Notes under the pieces: model-generated
The model's database searches: none
Seen by the model: only the letters and a program-made list of their open reading frames with translations
Told to the model about the DNA's origin: nothing
Position numbers and translations under genes: made by a program
Shown: positions 19,657-29,694 of the stretch, in pieces
Layout: each line of letters opens with the position of its first letter
Numbering within the stretch: position 1 is the stretch's first letter
Source of the DNA: Planctomycetota bacterium
Lineage (GTDB): Bacteria; Planctomycetota; GCA-002687715; CAIWVZ01
Direction: 5' to 3'
Assembly: GCA_044222185.1 (NCBI GenBank)
Contig: JBGANV010000002.1
Span: 224,001-288,000, forward strand
Length of the DNA stretch: 64,000 nt

Positions 19657-20751
19657 TCACTCCGCGAAGAACGCCCGGTTCGTCTCCCAGATCTGCTCGC
19701 AGCGCTTCGGGTCGGGCTCCGTCGACGTCTCGCCGCGCTCGAACGTCCCGCCGAGCACGAGCGCATCGCTCCGCGGGAAGACGTACCCCCCGGCGAACAT
19801 CAGGAGATAAGGCAACCGCTCGGGAAACGAATGAACGAGCTGGCCGCGGATCGGCAGGACGGCCGCGTCCGCAAACACCACCTTGGCACCGAGCCCGAGG
19901 CAGTCGAACACGATCCGTTCGGGAAGACGCGCGACATCATCGGGCGAACCGAACGTCCTCGCCTCGAGGTGCGCGCCGCCACGCAGCACGCTCCGCATGA
20001 GCGCCGGCAGGTACCTCGGGGGCTCGATCAGGAACGTCTTGACGACGTGACCGGCGCGCGGTCGACCGGCGAAAGGCAGCCGATCGAGTCGCGTTCCTGC
20101 GGGCATCACGGCGCGCGCGAGGTCGTTCGATTTGGTTCCCGTGCTCTCGGCTTCGAAGGCCTCGCGGACGGACACGCCCCACGGATCACCCACCAGCGCC
20201 TCGAACCGCGCCCACGACCGACGCGCGATCTGCGCGAATAGCGCCTTCGCGGCGTCGGAATCACCGATGTCGACGCTCGCCGGCATCCACTCGGCGCCCG
20301 CCAGATTCGACGTGGTGTTCGGCGGGAAATCCTCCGCATACAGGCGAACGGCGAACCCTCGCTCTTGAAGGACCCGCGCGGTCGAGAGCCCGATGACGCC
20401 GGCGCCGAGGACGGCCACGGGCCCGGGCGGCTTCAGGTCGGTGATCAGATCGACGGCGGCCTCCGCACTCCCCCACGACAAGGTGAACCCGGCGCCGCCG
20501 TGCCCGTAATCGTGGACGATGGACTTGCCGGCGACTTCCTCCCGCTCGATCCGGATCCCGCCGGTCCGATATGGCCGCAGCCCGGCCACGAACCTGATGA
20601 CCCGCGACCGATCGAAGTTGGGCGTGGGGAGGATCCCCGGGCGGGAATCAGCGCGGGAGTCCTGCCGCTGGTCCGCAGTCACCGATCCCGCGATCGCGGC
20701 CCCGAACACCCCCAGCACGTCACGCCGACTCGGTGAGCGATGGCTCGTCAT
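19657..20751 (-). CDS. Tat-exported FAD-dependent D-amino-acid oxidase-like protein (circularly permuted motif order)
   Basis: Tat motif SRRDVL. GLRPYR...HDYGHGGAGFTLSWG precedes the Rossmann motif VAVLGAGVIGLSTA. TTSNLAGA, PIRGQ and LVLGGTF follow. Confidence 0.88.
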   Translation of the reverse strand: MTSHRSPSRRDVLGVFGAAIAGSVTADQRQDSRADSRPGILPTPNFDRSRVIRFVAGLRPYRTGGIRIEREEVAGKSIVHDYGHGGAGFTLSWGSAEAAVDLITDLKPPGPVAVLGAGVIGLSTARVLQERGFAVRLYAEDFPPNTTSNLAGAEWMPASVDIGDSDAAKALFAQIARRSWARFEALVGDPWGVSVREAFEAESTGTKSNDLARAVMPAGTRLDRLPFAGRPRAGHVVKTFLIEPPRYLPALMRSVLRGGAHLEARTFGSPDDVARLPERIVFDCLGLGAKVVFADAAVLPIRGQLVHSFPERLPYLLMFAGGYVFPRSDALVLGGTFERGETSTEPDPKRCEQIWETNRAFFAE

Positions 20752-20792
20752 GTCGGGAACATACGCGACGCCCCCAAACCGTCCCTGGTGCG

Positions 20793-21275
20793 TCAGGTCT
20801 TGGGCGCGGACGGCCGCCCGAACTTCCTGACCATCACCGAGTGTCGCCACGCGAACATCCGCTCGATCTTGCGGCGGGCGATGCCACTCCCGAACAGGCG
20901 CCCGAAGATCCAACCCGGCAGTTCGTACTCGATCCGATCCTCGAAGAGGCAGACCGATGGACCGCGGGCGGTGACTTCGTGACGGTGCTTCCACGATGCG
21001 AACGGTCCCTGCTTCTGCACGTCCACGAAGTACCCACCCTGGTCACCCAGGTCCTCGCATTCCGTGTATTCGGCGACCCAGCGACGCCGGAAGGGTCCCA
21101 CCTTCATCACGATGATGGCAGTCGCCCCGACCCTCATCGCCTCCGCAGGTTTCTCGACGACGGCCTGCTCCCACTCAGGAATCATCTCGCGGATGGCATC
21201 GGTGGATCCGAGCCAGGCGAAAACCTGGCGCGCGGGGGTGCTCAAGACGGATCGACAGGTGAAGAGCTCGGTCAC
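20793..21275 (-). CDS. SRPBCC (START-like/cyclase) family protein
   Basis: FVDVQKQGPFASWKHRH...FEDRIEYELP...MFAWRH. GTG start at 21275 is inferred. Confidence 0.85.
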   Translation of the reverse strand: MTELFTCRSVLSTPARQVFAWLGSTDAIREMIPEWEQAVVEKPAEAMRVGATAIIVMKVGPFRRRWVAEYTECEDLGDQGGYFVDVQKQGPFASWKHRHEVTARGPSVCLFEDRIEYELPGWIFGRLFGSGIARRKIERMFAWRHSVMVRKFGRPSAPKT

Positions 21276-21336
21276 GCGCGCAGCGTAGCAATCGGTTGAG
21301 AAGCGGTCGCCAGCGGCGGGGCGAGTCGATCTCGGC

Positions 21337-23394
21337 ATGCCGCGTACAATGCCGCCCTCCGCGACCGCCCTGAGCGCAATGACCCCCTCGATGCCGACAG
21401 AACACGCCGCGAACGATCGCAACCTGGCGACCGGCTCGGCCGCCCACGTGGCGGACGTCCTTCCGCCAATCGCGGCGCTCCTCCAGATCGTCGTCGGGCT
21501 CGCCGTCATGCTCGGCTGGTGCACGCATACGCCGCCCCTCCTCCGTCTGGGGATGGGGGCGCGGCCCATGCACTTCCCGGCGGCATTCGCGGTCCTTTGT
21601 GGCGGGCTCGCGCTCCTTTCGCTGATCCTCGACCGCCGCCGGCTCGCACCGTGGCTGACGATCCCGGTGTTCGTCATCGCCATCGCCGAGGTGCTCGAGC
21701 TCTATGCGGGACTGCCAACCTCGCTTCATCACCTCTGGCCCACGGGGTGGGCCGCCCCGGAGCGGTTCGGGATCAGCGATCAGATGGCGCCGGACACGAT
21801 CCTCAGCCTGTTGCTCATGGGCGCGGCCCTCATCGCATCGTCGCTGCCGCGGTTCGAGCAGCGGGGGACGTTCGTGGCGGTTTGCGGTGTCCTCGTCTGG
21901 GCGTTGAGCACCTCCGCGCTCATCGGCTTCGCGACCGGGCTGCCGCCCTCGACGGCGTTCGGCCGCTTCAACGGCATGCCGTTGTCGCTCGCCACCGTCT
22001 ACTTCGTCTTCGGCCTCGGCATGGCCGTTCGCGCCCTGCGGAAATCCAACCTCCAGGCGAGTGCCCGGCCGCGGTGTGCGGCGATCCTCGTGACGTCCGC
22101 GGCGGTCGCGGTGACCGTCTCGTTCTGGCATGGGCTCGTCGCACGCGAGCCCGGCACGCCGTGGGTGTTCAACACGCTGTTCCTCGTGGGAGGGTTGCTC
22201 CTCAGCTCGGTGTTCGGGTGGACCGTTTTCCTGTGGGTGCTGACAGGCCAGCGGCGACGCACGGCCGAGGACGCCTTTCGCGAGGTTGCTGCCGAAGCCA
22301 CCCGGCGTGAGCGTGCTCAGGCCGAAGCACGCGCCAGCGAACTGCGGCTGCGGGCGATCCTCGAGGGCGCAGGCGACGCGATCATCGCCGTCGATTCCGA
22401 CGGCAGGGTGGATTTCGTGAATGCGGCGGCCGAGGCCATGTTCGGCTACACCCGCGACGAGCTTCACGGACAGCCGATCGAGATCCTCGTCCCCGAACGC
22501 CATCGCGAAAAGCACCTGGCATATCGCCGCGAGTATTCCCGCGACCCGAAGACGCGCGCCATGGGCCTCCGCATGGATCTCTTCGGCCGGCGAAAGGACT
22601 GCACCGAGCTGCCCGTCGAGATCAGCCTGAGCCCGGTCATCGACGGGCCACGCACCCTGATCCTCACCGTGATCCGGGATGTGAGCGAGCGCCGCGCAGC
22701 CGAGCATCGCGAATCGACGATGCTCCGGGCCCTGGCGACGATCGGCGAGTCCGCCACGATCCTCGCTCACGAGATCAAGAACCCGCTCACGGCCGTCAAC
22801 GCGGCCCTCAAATCCCTCGCCTCCAAGCTCGGAATGGAGCAGGCCGAGGTGCTGGGCGATCTGGTCGACCGCATGCGCCGGGTCGAGATGATGATCCGCC
22901 GCACCCTCTCCTTCACGAAGCCGGTGGATCTGCGGCGCAGCAAGGTGTCGGTCGCCGACCTCTTCAAGCAGTCGCTCGCGGACGCACGCCCGGCGACGGC
23001 GGCGGGTGACATATCGACCGAGATATCGATCGAGCCTCCAGACATGGCTCTGATCGTCGATGGCCAGTTGATCCGCGAGGTCATCGTGAACCTGGTGGCG
23101 AACGCCGCCGAGGCCGCCCGCGGCCCCTCGCACATATCGTTGACGGCACGTGCGGTGAACGGCAAACAGGCCGTGATCGAAGTCCGCGACGACGGCCCGG
23201 GACTCCCCGACAGCATGCGCGCGAACCCCTTCCGCCCGTTCGTCACGACCAAGAAGACGGGTTCGGGGATCGGGCTTTCGATCTGCAAGAAGATGGTCGA
23301 AGAGCACGGCGGGAAGATCGTCTACACCGATGCTTCTCCGCACGGAGCGTGCTGGATCATCACGCTCCCCACGAGCACCGCTCCGGTCTCCTGA
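21337..23394 (+). CDS. Membrane PAS-domain sensor histidine kinase
   Basis: About eight TM helices, a PAS domain (DAIIAVDSDGRVDFVNAAAEAMFGY), H-box LAHEIKNPL, N-box NLVANA, and G-boxes DDGPG and GSGIGL. The start may lie slightly downstream. Confidence 0.93.
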   Translation: MPRTMPPSATALSAMTPSMPTEHAANDRNLATGSAAHVADVLPPIAALLQIVVGLAVMLGWCTHTPPLLRLGMGARPMHFPAAFAVLCGGLALLSLILDRRRLAPWLTIPVFVIAIAEVLELYAGLPTSLHHLWPTGWAAPERFGISDQMAPDTILSLLLMGAALIASSLPRFEQRGTFVAVCGVLVWALSTSALIGFATGLPPSTAFGRFNGMPLSLATVYFVFGLGMAVRALRKSNLQASARPRCAAILVTSAAVAVTVSFWHGLVAREPGTPWVFNTLFLVGGLLLSSVFGWTVFLWVLTGQRRRTAEDAFREVAAEATRRERAQAEARASELRLRAILEGAGDAIIAVDSDGRVDFVNAAAEAMFGYTRDELHGQPIEILVPERHREKHLAYRREYSRDPKTRAMGLRMDLFGRRKDCTELPVEISLSPVIDGPRTLILTVIRDVSERRAAEHRESTMLRALATIGESATILAHEIKNPLTAVNAALKSLASKLGMEQAEVLGDLVDRMRRVEMMIRRTLSFTKPVDLRRSKVSVADLFKQSLADARPATAAGDISTEISIEPPDMALIVDGQLIREVIVNLVANAAEAARGPSHISLTARAVNGKQAVIEVRDDGPGLPDSMRANPFRPFVTTKKTGSGIGLSICKKMVEEHGGKIVYTDASPHGACWIITLPTSTAPVS

Positions 23395-23637
23395 GATATG
23401 CGCGCCGCCCGCGACGGCGGCTGACTCGGCATCGCATCCGCGCGACCTCCCGCGCCGAGCGGTTTCCTTCTTCGAGCGACTTCAGTTCAGGCGAGTCGCA
23501 TACCGAGGAAAGCGTGACACCCCCGATGAGGAAGTCAGCTCGGGGATCGAACCGCCGAAGGAGACGCTCTGCACTCGGCGGCGAACGGCGTTTTCGATGG
23601 AGATTCGCGGCTCGCGGATCGGAAAGAGAGTTCCAAG

Positions 23638-26600
23638 ATGAGGTCATTCGTTCGGCTGGGACAGTGGTCAGTCCTCGCCCTCGCTCTTTGCATCACGAGC
23701 ACGGCGCTTGCCGCGTCCTCGAACGACGGCAAGGCTCTCAATGGCGGCCCTGTACGCCTCGTGCCCGTGCCGAATGTGCCGGTGATCACCGGCCCTTCAA
23801 TCACCAACGACAGCACGCCCAACATCACGGGAACCTGTGATCCGAGCGTGACGATCGAGATCTTCGAAGGCGTAACGAGCCTCGGGACCGCGGTCGCCAC
23901 CGTCGGCGGCACGTTCAGCGTGACGGTCTCCTCGCTTTCGGACGGCACGCATAGTCTGACGGCGACGGCGATGGACGGAACGGGGACGAGCGCGGCCTCG
24001 TCCGCCTTCTCCGTGATCGTCGACACGGCGGCTCCGTCGGCCCCGACGATCTCGGGCCCGGCAAACACCAACGACACCACCCCGGACATGACGGGAACGG
24101 CTGAGGCCAGCGCGACCGTCCAGATTCTCGAGGGCGGATCGGTCATCGGCTCGGGCACCGCTTCTGGCGGCGGCTCGTTCACGGTCACCGTGTCGACGCT
24201 TTCGGTCGGTGCCCACTCGCTCGTCGCGCGCGCCATCGACGCGGCCGGCAACGTGAGCGCCAGCTCGTCCGCGTTCACCTGCACCGTCGACACGACGGCT
24301 CCGTCGGCTCCGTCGATCTCCAGCCCGGCGATCACGAACGACACGACTCCGAACGTCACGGGAACGGCCGAGGCCAGCTCGACGGTCGAGATCCTCGAGT
24401 CCGGTTCAGTGATCGCTTCGGGAACGGCAACGGGCGGTGGATCCTTCACGATCACGCTCTCCACGATGTCGGAAGGCGTGCACTCGCTCGTCGCTCGCGC
24501 GACGGACGCTGCCAGCAACGTCAGCGCCAACTCGTCTGCGTTCAGCATGACGGTCGATGCGACGGCGCCCTCGGCCCCGTCGATCACCGGCCCGGCGGAT
24601 ACGAACGACACGACTCCGAACGTCGTCGGAACGGCGGAAGCCAACTCGACGGTGGAAGTCCTCGAGAGCGGCTCGGTCATCGGATCGGCGACGGCCAGCG
24701 CGGGCGGAACCTTCACGGTCACCGTCTCGACGCTCTCGGTCGGCGCCCACTCGCTCGTCGCTCGCGCGACGGATGCAGCCACGAACGTCAGCTCGAACTC
24801 GTCCGCGTTCACCTGCACGGTCGACACGACGGCTCCGTCGGCTCCGTCGATCACGGGTCCTGCGGTCTCGAACGACACGACCCCGGCGGTCGTCGGCACG
24901 GCCGAGGCGAACTCGACCGTCGAGATTCTCGAGAGCGGCTCGGTGATCGGCACCGGCACCGCGACGGGCGGCGGCACGTTCAGCGTGACCGTCTCCGTCC
25001 TCGCCGAGACGGCGCACTCACTCGTCGCTCGTGCGACGGATGCGGCCAGCAACGTCAGCGCCAACTCGTCCGCGTTCTCGTGCACGATCGACGTGACCGC
25101 CCCGTCGGCGCCGTCGATCACCGCGCCCTCCGTCACGAACGACACGACCCCGACCATCACGGGAACGGCGGAAGCCTCCTCGACGGTCGAGATCCTCGAG
25201 TCGGGATCCGTGATCGGCAGCGGCACGGCCACGGGCGGCGGCACGTTCTCGATCACGGTGTCCGTGCTCACTGAGGCCACGCACAGCCTCGTCGCCCGCG
25301 CGACGGACTCGGCGAGCAACGTGAGCTCGAACTCGGCCACGTTCTCGTGCATCGTCGACGTGACGGCTCCGGCCGCCCCGACGATCACGGGTCCGGCCCT
25401 CACGAACGACGCCACGCCGGACATCGTCGGCACGGCCGAAGCCAACGCCACCGTCCAGATCCTGGAAGGCGGCTCGGTGATCGGCTCCGGTACGGCTGAC
25501 GGCTCGGGCAACTTCACGGTGACGGTCTCGACCCTCACGGAAGCGACCCACAGCCTGGTGGCGCGCGCCACGGACGCCGCGGCGAACGTCGGTTCGAACT
25601 CGTCCGCCTTCAGCGTGACGGTCGACCTGACGTCCCCGACGACGCCCACGATCACGAGCACCAACGTCACGAACGACACCACCCCGACCGTCACCGGCAC
25701 GGCGGAAGCCAGCACGACGATCCAGATCCTCGACTCGGGGACGGTCGTCGGATCCGGCTCGGTGTCGGGCGGTGCGTTCTCGATCACGTGCTCGACCCTC
25801 ACCGAAGGCGCGCACAGCATCGTCGCGCGCTCGACGGACACGGCGACGAACCACACCGACTCGGCGACGTTCACGCTGACCATCGACGTCACGGCGCCGA
25901 CGGCCCCGGTGATCGTCACCCCCGCGTTCACGAACAGCACCACGCCCACCGTCACCGGCACGGCGGAAGCCAGCGCAACGGTCACCATCGTCGAAGGTCT
26001 CACGACCCTCGGCACCGGTTCGGCCGACGGCTCCGGCAACTTCTCCATCGCGGTGACGACCCTCTCGGTGGCCGCGCACAGCATCAGCGCTCGCGCGACG
26101 GATGCGGCCGGCAACGTGGGACCGAACTCGTCGACGTTCACGCTGACCGTCGATCAGACGGCTCCAGCGGCGCCGACGATCTCGAGCCCGGCGAACACGA
26201 ACGACACGACGCCGAGCGTCTCCGGAACGGCCGAAGCCTACGCGACGGTCGACGTCCTCGAGAGCGGCTCGACGATCGGCACGGGTACCGCTGACGCCTC
26301 GGGCAACTTCGCCGTCACCGTCTCGGCGCTGACCGAAGCCGCGCACAGCCTCGTCGCCCGCGCGACGGACCGCGCCGGCAACGTCGGCTCGAACTCGGCA
26401 GCGTTCATCGTCACGGTCGACATCACGGCCCCCGGCGCCCCCACGGTCACCGGCCCGACGTTGACGAACGACTCGACTCCGGACGTCACCGGTACCGCCG
26501 AGGCGAACTCGACGGTCGAAGTGCTGGACGGTGGCTCGCTCGTCGGCAGCGGCACGGCGGACGGCTCGGGCAACTTCACCATCACGGTGTCGTCGCTCGC

Positions 26601-27876
26601 GGACGGCGTGCACGCGATCACGGCTCACGCCATCGACGGCGTCGGCAACCAGGGCGTGGATTCGTCGTCCTTCAGCATGACGGTCGACACCACGCCTCCG
26701 GCTGCTCCGACGAACCTCGCAGGTGCGAGCCCGGTCGTCGCCAATCCGGCGTTCAGCTGGACGGCTTCGAGCGGCGCCGCGACGTACAACGTCTACCGCG
26801 ACGGCAGCCTCCTCGGCAACACGGCGTCCACGTCGTACACCGATTCGGCCTCGCTCGCGGACGCCACGTACGTCTACACGGTTTCCGCGATCGACGCGGC
26901 GACGAACGAAGGCTCGCAGAGCTCGGGTCTCTCGATCCAGGTGAGCTCGACGTGGCCGACGAACGTCGCGCTCGTCGGACCGACGGGTCAGTACGCGGAC
27001 GTCGCAGCGGCCTTCGCGGGCAACGCCTCGGCGAACCTCGTCATCCTGATGCAGGCGGGCACGTACCCGGCGTTCACCGTCGGCCGCACCGTTCGCATCA
27101 TGCCTGACGGCTCGGGCCCGGTGCTGATCGACACGTCGTCGGCGTCGGTCATCATCAACAGCGCGACCGCCAGCGATTCGATCGAGCTCGTCGGGCTCAC
27201 GATCGGATCCTTGACGGCTTCGCACATCGCCGTTCAGGTCGCCTCGACACCGGCAGCCGTCGTTCTCGATGGGTGCACCTTGTCGGAGAACCCGGTGCTC
27301 CCGTGGGCGGCTCTCGACATCGCGTCGTCGCGGCACGTGTCGGTGAACAACTGCACCATCACGCAGGGCATGTACGCCTACGGCTGGTCGTTCGTGATCG
27401 CCCAGAACGGGTCCGTCGATCACGTCATCGCGGATAACGCGAGCCTCGTGCGCTGCACGGGCGTGACGGTCGGGAACACCTCGCTCTACGACGCGAACTC
27501 GATCGTCGCGCAGCTCCAGGGCATCGCTCCCACGGTCACGATCCCGCGCTTCGTGAGCCTCGCGGGAACCGCCCAGCTCGACTTCCACGGTGTGGCCAGC
27601 TCGCCGTGGGCGTTGTTCGCGTCGACGGTGCAGGGCCTCTCCTGGACCGCCGATCCGATCAGCGGTGTCGAAGGCGTGCAGTACATGACGGACGCGAACA
27701 CGTACCCGCTCTACACGTCCACGACGGACGTGAACGGTGACGAGTCCATGCAGATCGGGTTCGGCAACGACCCGTACTTCCTGGGATACACGTTCGTGCT
27801 GCAGGCCGTCGGCTACGACGCGACGCAGTCGGTCTTCCGTCTGACGAACGTCGTCTCGGTGGTCGGCATCCCGTGA
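23638..27876 (+). CDS. Large secreted surface protein: 11 bacterial Ig-like repeats, FN3, beta-helix region and C-terminal lineage-typical domain
   Basis: Signal peptide. Eleven ~90-aa repeats (APxIxxPxxTNDTTPxVxGTAEAxSTVEILExGSVIG...HSLVARATDAAxN). FN3-like FSWTASSGAATYNVYRDG. C-terminus PYFLGYTFVLQAVGYD...LTN. Confidence 0.92.
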   Translation: MRSFVRLGQWSVLALALCITSTALAASSNDGKALNGGPVRLVPVPNVPVITGPSITNDSTPNITGTCDPSVTIEIFEGVTSLGTAVATVGGTFSVTVSSLSDGTHSLTATAMDGTGTSAASSAFSVIVDTAAPSAPTISGPANTNDTTPDMTGTAEASATVQILEGGSVIGSGTASGGGSFTVTVSTLSVGAHSLVARAIDAAGNVSASSSAFTCTVDTTAPSAPSISSPAITNDTTPNVTGTAEASSTVEILESGSVIASGTATGGGSFTITLSTMSEGVHSLVARATDAASNVSANSSAFSMTVDATAPSAPSITGPADTNDTTPNVVGTAEANSTVEVLESGSVIGSATASAGGTFTVTVSTLSVGAHSLVARATDAATNVSSNSSAFTCTVDTTAPSAPSITGPAVSNDTTPAVVGTAEANSTVEILESGSVIGTGTATGGGTFSVTVSVLAETAHSLVARATDAASNVSANSSAFSCTIDVTAPSAPSITAPSVTNDTTPTITGTAEASSTVEILESGSVIGSGTATGGGTFSITVSVLTEATHSLVARATDSASNVSSNSATFSCIVDVTAPAAPTITGPALTNDATPDIVGTAEANATVQILEGGSVIGSGTADGSGNFTVTVSTLTEATHSLVARATDAAANVGSNSSAFSVTVDLTSPTTPTITSTNVTNDTTPTVTGTAEASTTIQILDSGTVVGSGSVSGGAFSITCSTLTEGAHSIVARSTDTATNHTDSATFTLTIDVTAPTAPVIVTPAFTNSTTPTVTGTAEASATVTIVEGLTTLGTGSADGSGNFSIAVTTLSVAAHSISARATDAAGNVGPNSSTFTLTVDQTAPAAPTISSPANTNDTTPSVSGTAEAYATVDVLESGSTIGTGTADASGNFAVTVSALTEAAHSLVARATDRAGNVGSNSAAFIVTVDITAPGAPTVTGPTLTNDSTPDVTGTAEANSTVEVLDGGSLVGSGTADGSGNFTITVSSLADGVHAITAHAIDGVGNQGVDSSSFSMTVDTTPPAAPTNLAGASPVVANPAFSWTASSGAATYNVYRDGSLLGNTASTSYTDSASLADATYVYTVSAIDAATNEGSQSSGLSIQVSSTWPTNVALVGPTGQYADVAAAFAGNASANLVILMQAGTYPAFTVGRTVRIMPDGSGPVLIDTSSASVIINSATASDSIELVGLTIGSLTASHIAVQVASTPAAVVLDGCTLSENPVLPWAALDIASSRHVSVNNCTITQGMYAYGWSFVIAQNGSVDHVIADNASLVRCTGVTVGNTSLYDANSIVAQLQGIAPTVTIPRFVSLAGTAQLDFHGVASSPWALFASTVQGLSWTADPISGVEGVQYMTDANTYPLYTSTTDVNGDESMQIGFGNDPYFLGYTFVLQAVGYDATQSVFRLTNVVSVVGIP
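23776..26700 (+). repeat. Intragenic tandem repeats (~270-bp period, 11 units) encoding Ig-like domains
   Basis: Recurrent AACGACACGAC(C/T)CCG and CACTCGCTCGTCGC motifs at about 270-bp spacing. Boundaries are approximate. Confidence 0.85.
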
Positions 27877-28149
27877 TGCACCGGCCGCCCGTGCGGCCAA
27901 CTCAGGACGGGTGAGCGGCGCACCGCCGCCGCCACCGTCCCCCCGCTCCGCAGCGTCGCGTGAAGGGAGACGCGCGGACCGGAAGCGGCCTGCGCCGGGA
28001 ATCCGCGGCGCGCCAGTTCACCGCCGTCTTGGCGGGAACTGGCCGGCTCGCCGCGCCTCCCGCGCCGACCATCGGGCATCGCTCGCCGCGCGCTGCGAGA
28101 TCACCCACGCGCGCCGTCCCCCCCCGCCTCCGTCGACCGACCCGGCGCC

Positions 28150-29694
28150 TCACTTCCACGCGATGTCGGACACGGTCGCCCCACCGGGCAGCGGCACCGA
28201 GGCAACGAGCGCAAGCGTCTGCGCATTGAACACGTGCAGAGTCAGCGGCGAGTAACTTCCCACGGCGATGAGATCCCCATCGGGACTGATCGCGTTGCGC
28301 CACGCGTTGGGCAGACCGACGGCAGTGATGGGCGTGTAGGAGAACACGTTCACGTTCACGGGGTCGATGTCGATGCGTCCAGCCCATCCGGAGCCCCCGA
28401 AGCCGGAGACGACGAGGAAATTCCCGCCGCGACGCGCGACGTTCAGATGCGTGGGAGCGGAGCCGAAGAGCGCCGGCGGCGACGCATTCGATCCGATGTT
28501 CTGTACGCCGCCCAAGCCCGGATTGTGGTCGATCCACGAGGTCGTGCTGATCCGGAAGCGCGCCAGCTCCGCCGGAGTCGTGCCGGCCCCCTGCCGCAGC
28601 ACGGAGACGATGTCCTCGTCGTTGCTGAACGCGACGTCCGTGTTGATCCACAGACCGGAGATCGCACTCGATGGAATCACGCGCGAGAGCAGCGGAGTGA
28701 GGAACGTCGGACTCGCGGGGTCCAAGTCCCACACCGTGAGTGAACCGCCGATCAGCGAGGGCAGGGCCGCGAGATTCCCGGACGGGCTCAGGCCCCACAC
28801 TCCGATCAGGCCGTTGACGTAGAGACCGTTGGAGTAGTACCGGATCTGCCCATAAGTCGGGCTCGCATGATCCACGTCGAAGGCGACGAACTCGAGACCG
28901 CCCGTGCTGCCGATGTCACCGATGGCCCAAAGCAGCTTGCGCGCCTCGTCGAGTTGGAGGTTCCCCTCGGCCACCCCGCTGGAACCCGAGAAGTTGTAGA
29001 GCGTCGACCACACCGGTGTCCCCGTGCTGAGGTCCGCATGGTTCAACACGCCGAAGCCCGAACACACGTACATCTCACGGCCACCATCCGTGTAGACGAC
29101 GCCGTTCACGTTGTTGGTGTAGGTGCTGAGTGTCGCCGGAACCGACGGGCTCCAGCTCAACGGATCGACGATGGCGAATGGGTCGGCCGACCCGCCCACC
29201 GAGCTGCCGACGAAGATCTGCGGAGGCATCGTCAGCTCGACCGAGAGGCCGTTCGTCACCGTGACTCCGCCGGCGACCGACGGGTCCGTCACCGCGGCCT
29301 GCCAGTAGGCGACGAAACCTGCGAGGTACGGGATCACCCCGAACGACAGCGGCACGGGGACGAAGGCGGTCCCCGCCGCATTCGAACCCGGCAGTCCGCC
29401 CGCCGCGAACGGCAGCGTGAACAGCACCTGCGCGGGGTCGAGGTAGATCGGCAACCCCGAGCCCGTGCTGAACGTGATCTGCCCTGCGCTCACGGCGAGG
29501 ATCCCCGACGCCCCGCCCACGGCATTCGACACGTCGAGTCCCCAGTTCGCGTTGCCCATCCACGCCTGCTTCGCCGAGAGCGCCGGGACGAAGCCCCCGC
29601 TCCCGGCCACGCCCGGCCCGATCACGTCCTGCGCCGGCAGGACGGAAACCAACCCCGACGCAACCACCAAGGCTCCGATCGATCTCCAGGACAT
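28150..29694 (-). CDS. Secreted beta-propeller protein with the lineage-typical domain at its N-terminus
   Basis: GGAG RBS, ATG 29694 and signal peptide MSWRSIGALVVASGLVSVLPAQ. N-terminal module GPGVAGSGGFVP...PYLAGFVAYWQAAVTD...TNGL. YVTN-like blades (GVVYTDGGREMYV, GLSPSGNLAA, AISPDGDLIAV). Confidence 0.8.
   Translation of the reverse strand: MSWRSIGALVVASGLVSVLPAQDVIGPGVAGSGGFVPALSAKQAWMGNANWGLDVSNAVGGASGILAVSAGQITFSTGSGLPIYLDPAQVLFTLPFAAGGLPGSNAAGTAFVPVPLSFGVIPYLAGFVAYWQAAVTDPSVAGGVTVTNGLSVELTMPPQIFVGSSVGGSADPFAIVDPLSWSPSVPATLSTYTNNVNGVVYTDGGREMYVCSGFGVLNHADLSTGTPVWSTLYNFSGSSGVAEGNLQLDEARKLLWAIGDIGSTGGLEFVAFDVDHASPTYGQIRYYSNGLYVNGLIGVWGLSPSGNLAALPSLIGGSLTVWDLDPASPTFLTPLLSRVIPSSAISGLWINTDVAFSNDEDIVSVLRQGAGTTPAELARFRISTTSWIDHNPGLGGVQNIGSNASPPALFGSAPTHLNVARRGGNFLVVSGFGGSGWAGRIDIDPVNVNVFSYTPITAVGLPNAWRNAISPDGDLIAVGSYSPLTLHVFNAQTLALVASVPLPGGATVSDIAWK

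Noticed and set aside
23545-23585. Glycine riboswitch suggested by CGCCGAAGGAG
   Set aside because: The accompanying GGAGA and CTCTCAGG elements are absent, and the downstream gene is unrelated to glycine.
23535-27900. Long minus-strand ORFs (868 aa and 960 aa)
   Set aside because: They are antisense shadows of the Ig-repeat gene, caused by strong GC3 bias and repetitive codons.
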